Below, one piece after another: positions 62,126-64,000 of a DNA stretch of 64,000 bases (its first letter is position 1; each line of letters begins with the position of its first letter). Source of the stretch: Mytilus trossulus (Eukaryota). Made by a program: the position numbers and the translations under genes. The stretch spans positions 42,036,001 through 42,100,000 of the forward strand of contig NC_086383.1 in NCBI RefSeq assembly GCF_036588685.1, read 5' to 3'. The notes under the pieces were generated by a model. It worked only from the letters and a program-made list of their open reading frames with translations, made no database searches and was not told the DNA's origin.

Positions 62126-64000
62126 AAAAGTAAAATCACAAAAATACTGAACTCAGAGGAAAATCAATTTGGAAAGTCCATAATCACATGGCAAAATCAA
62201 AAAACAAAACGCATCAAAAACGAATGGACAAGAACTGTCATATTCCTGACTTGGTACAGGCATTTTAAAATGTAGTAAATGGTGGATTAAACCTGGTTCT
62301 ATAGCGCTAACCCTCTCACTTTAATAACAGTCTCATCAAATTCCGCTACATTTACATGATGCGTTAAATAAACAGTCACAATTAATAAAATAGTCAAAAT
62401 ATGGGTACATCAGTCATCATCGTATAACAATTTAACAGGACATAAAACATCTACTATCTACGAACACATGGATTGATTTGAGTGTCTGACGTCAGAAAAA
62501 TTATATACGTCACATAAATTTGTCGTTCAATGTGCATACAATAGTTATCAAAAAGTACCAGGATTATAAACAATTTTAAAATTTACATAGGCAATGAACG
62601 CATACAGGGTTAAAAAAATCAAAAGTATGTATTAAAGAATAAATTACAGAAATAGACCGAGATTCAAACTAGTCCAAAGGTATACATAGAATTTATGAGA
62701 ATCCAAAACTTTTAAAAGGAACAATTTAAGAGGACACAAAAACCTATCTACGAACAAATGGATTGATTTGAGTGTCTGACGTCAGAAAAATTATATACGT
62801 CACATAAATTTGTCGTTCAATGTGCATACAAACAATTTTAAAATTTTCATAGGCAATGTACGCATACAGGGTTAAAAAATCCAAAGTATGTAAGAATAAA
62901 TTACAGAAATAGACCGAGATTCAAACTAGTCCAAAAGTTATACATAGAATTTATGAGAATCCTAAAATTGTTAATTCCACTACGCCATTGATTGATTTTG
63001 ACGTTTGTGGTTCAACGTATATAGTAATTCATAATAGAAATATATCATAATGACATATTATAGACAAATATCATACTGACGGGATCTTTTAAAGTACAGA
63101 GTCACGTTAAAAGCACAAAAGAAATACAAAGAGTCTCATATACAAAACAAATCACAAAAAAATGAAAGCCAATACAAACATATTGACGAGATGTATAAGT
63201 ACCGAGCCACGTCAAACGGATATCACATAAAACCATTCAACAGTAAAAGTAATCTTAATAATAGAACAAAAACAAATAAAAGAACAATAAAACATGTTGT
63301 TAAGATGATACACAACATCAGTACGCAGAATCTATACATCAAGACCATCGTGTATTATTTGAGAAGTTGTTACGGAATATTTATCAACAAGGTCTTGGTA
63401 CCTTCCGATGAACTTTTTTTTAGAAAAAGGACGAGACGTTCTTTGACATACCCCTGGTTCATCAACTTTCTACTCAGACACTGATGACGTTTTACAAAGT
63501 CTGAGTAGGAGCTGCAAGCTCTTGAATATCGAATAAGTTGAGAAATATATATCCCATACGCAGGTGGAGTTGGTATATTGCTACTAAGGTGGGGGAAATT
63601 TATAATTTCGAAATTAAAATCGTCTCGTTTGTCATAGATTCTGGTACTGAGATGACTGTGTAAGTCAAATTCGAGATATAAGTCTAAAAATGAGGCGGAG
63701 GAAACCGTGTCTGTTGTTTCTTTAATCTCGAGTTCTGGGGGATATATTAATGGAACCCAATCAGAAAAGTTCGGATTGTTTAAGGAAAGAACATCATCAA
63801 TATATCTGAAAGTGAAATTAAATAATCTGGCTTCTTTGATCCTCTTGTTTTTGACAAGTGTCTGGAGGAACTCCGATTCATATGAAAATAAGAAGAGGTC
63901 GGCAAGAAGAGGCGCACAGTTTGTTCCCATAGGAATGCCGACAACTTGTTGGAAAAGTTTACCTCCAAACTCAACAAATATGTTGTGGATAATAAACTCC
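62126..64000 (-). mobile_element. Naiad-type PLE, RT plus 1.2-kb 3' UTR, running off the window end; copy B only
   Basis: FQQVVGIPMGTNCAPLLADLFL, FRYIDD, YDKRDDFNF, AYGIYISQLIRY. Homopolymer frameshift at 63414-63421; corrected frame ends at TAG 63332-63334. The UTR has a ~290-bp tandem duplication (62454/62744). Confidence 0.92.
62541..62568 (-). mobile_element. 28-bp retrozyme 3'-end micro-insertion
   Basis: Reverse complement TATAATCCTGGTACTTTTTGATAACTAT; absent from the sister repeat at 62830/62831. Confidence 0.8.

Larger units (their letters stand above)
35380..62128 (+). repeat. Segmental/tandem duplication, copy B
   Basis: Matches 290-26215. Homology breaks at 62128 where a Naiad 3' end begins, so it may resume beyond the window. 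Confidence 0.95.

Noticed and set aside
62126-63331. SECIS in the other two Naiad UTRs (also 29900-30240)
   Set aside because: No AUGA-N11/12-AA...GA hairpin found by eye; a computational scan is needed to exclude it fully.

Overview
AT-rich animal genomic DNA. The repeat repertoire (V- and Deu-type SINEs with (CAAT)n tails, Naiad-type Penelope-like RTs, 354-bp hammerhead retrozymes, a HINE/pearl-like element) suggests a bivalve mollusc, probably a mytilid mussel; this is inference. The window is dominated by a direct duplication, copy A ~290-26215 and copy B ~35380-62128, differing by a few percent by eye. Each unit carries the last exon of a secreted PAN/apple + C-type-lectin gene (complete 3-exon model at 33845-35669) and a single-coding-exon orphan class A GPCR (20459-21580; 56382-57503). 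The two copies act as each other's empty sites, so insertions can be delimited almost to the base. Copy A only: a 5'-truncated Deu-like SINE, a 3.2-unit hammerhead retrozyme array, a 1157-bp element with RSS-heptamer-like CACTGTG ends and a 5-bp TSD (Transib/RAG-like), and a Naiad RT fragment inside a 39-bp satellite. Copy B only: a full-length decayed L1/Tx1 LINE and a second Naiad. Most striking signals: (i) a well-formed type II SECIS in the 3' UTR of the Naiad retroelement, implying a selenoprotein-coding retrotransposon; (ii) five retrozyme insertions from two families all ending ~38-39 nt past the ribozyme cleavage site, pointing to a defined RT start on a circular or multimeric RNA; (iii) the RSS-ended transposon; (iv) a composite-transposon-like element built from two MITE-like direct repeats. 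Many ORFs in the track are artefacts of stop-free satellites.
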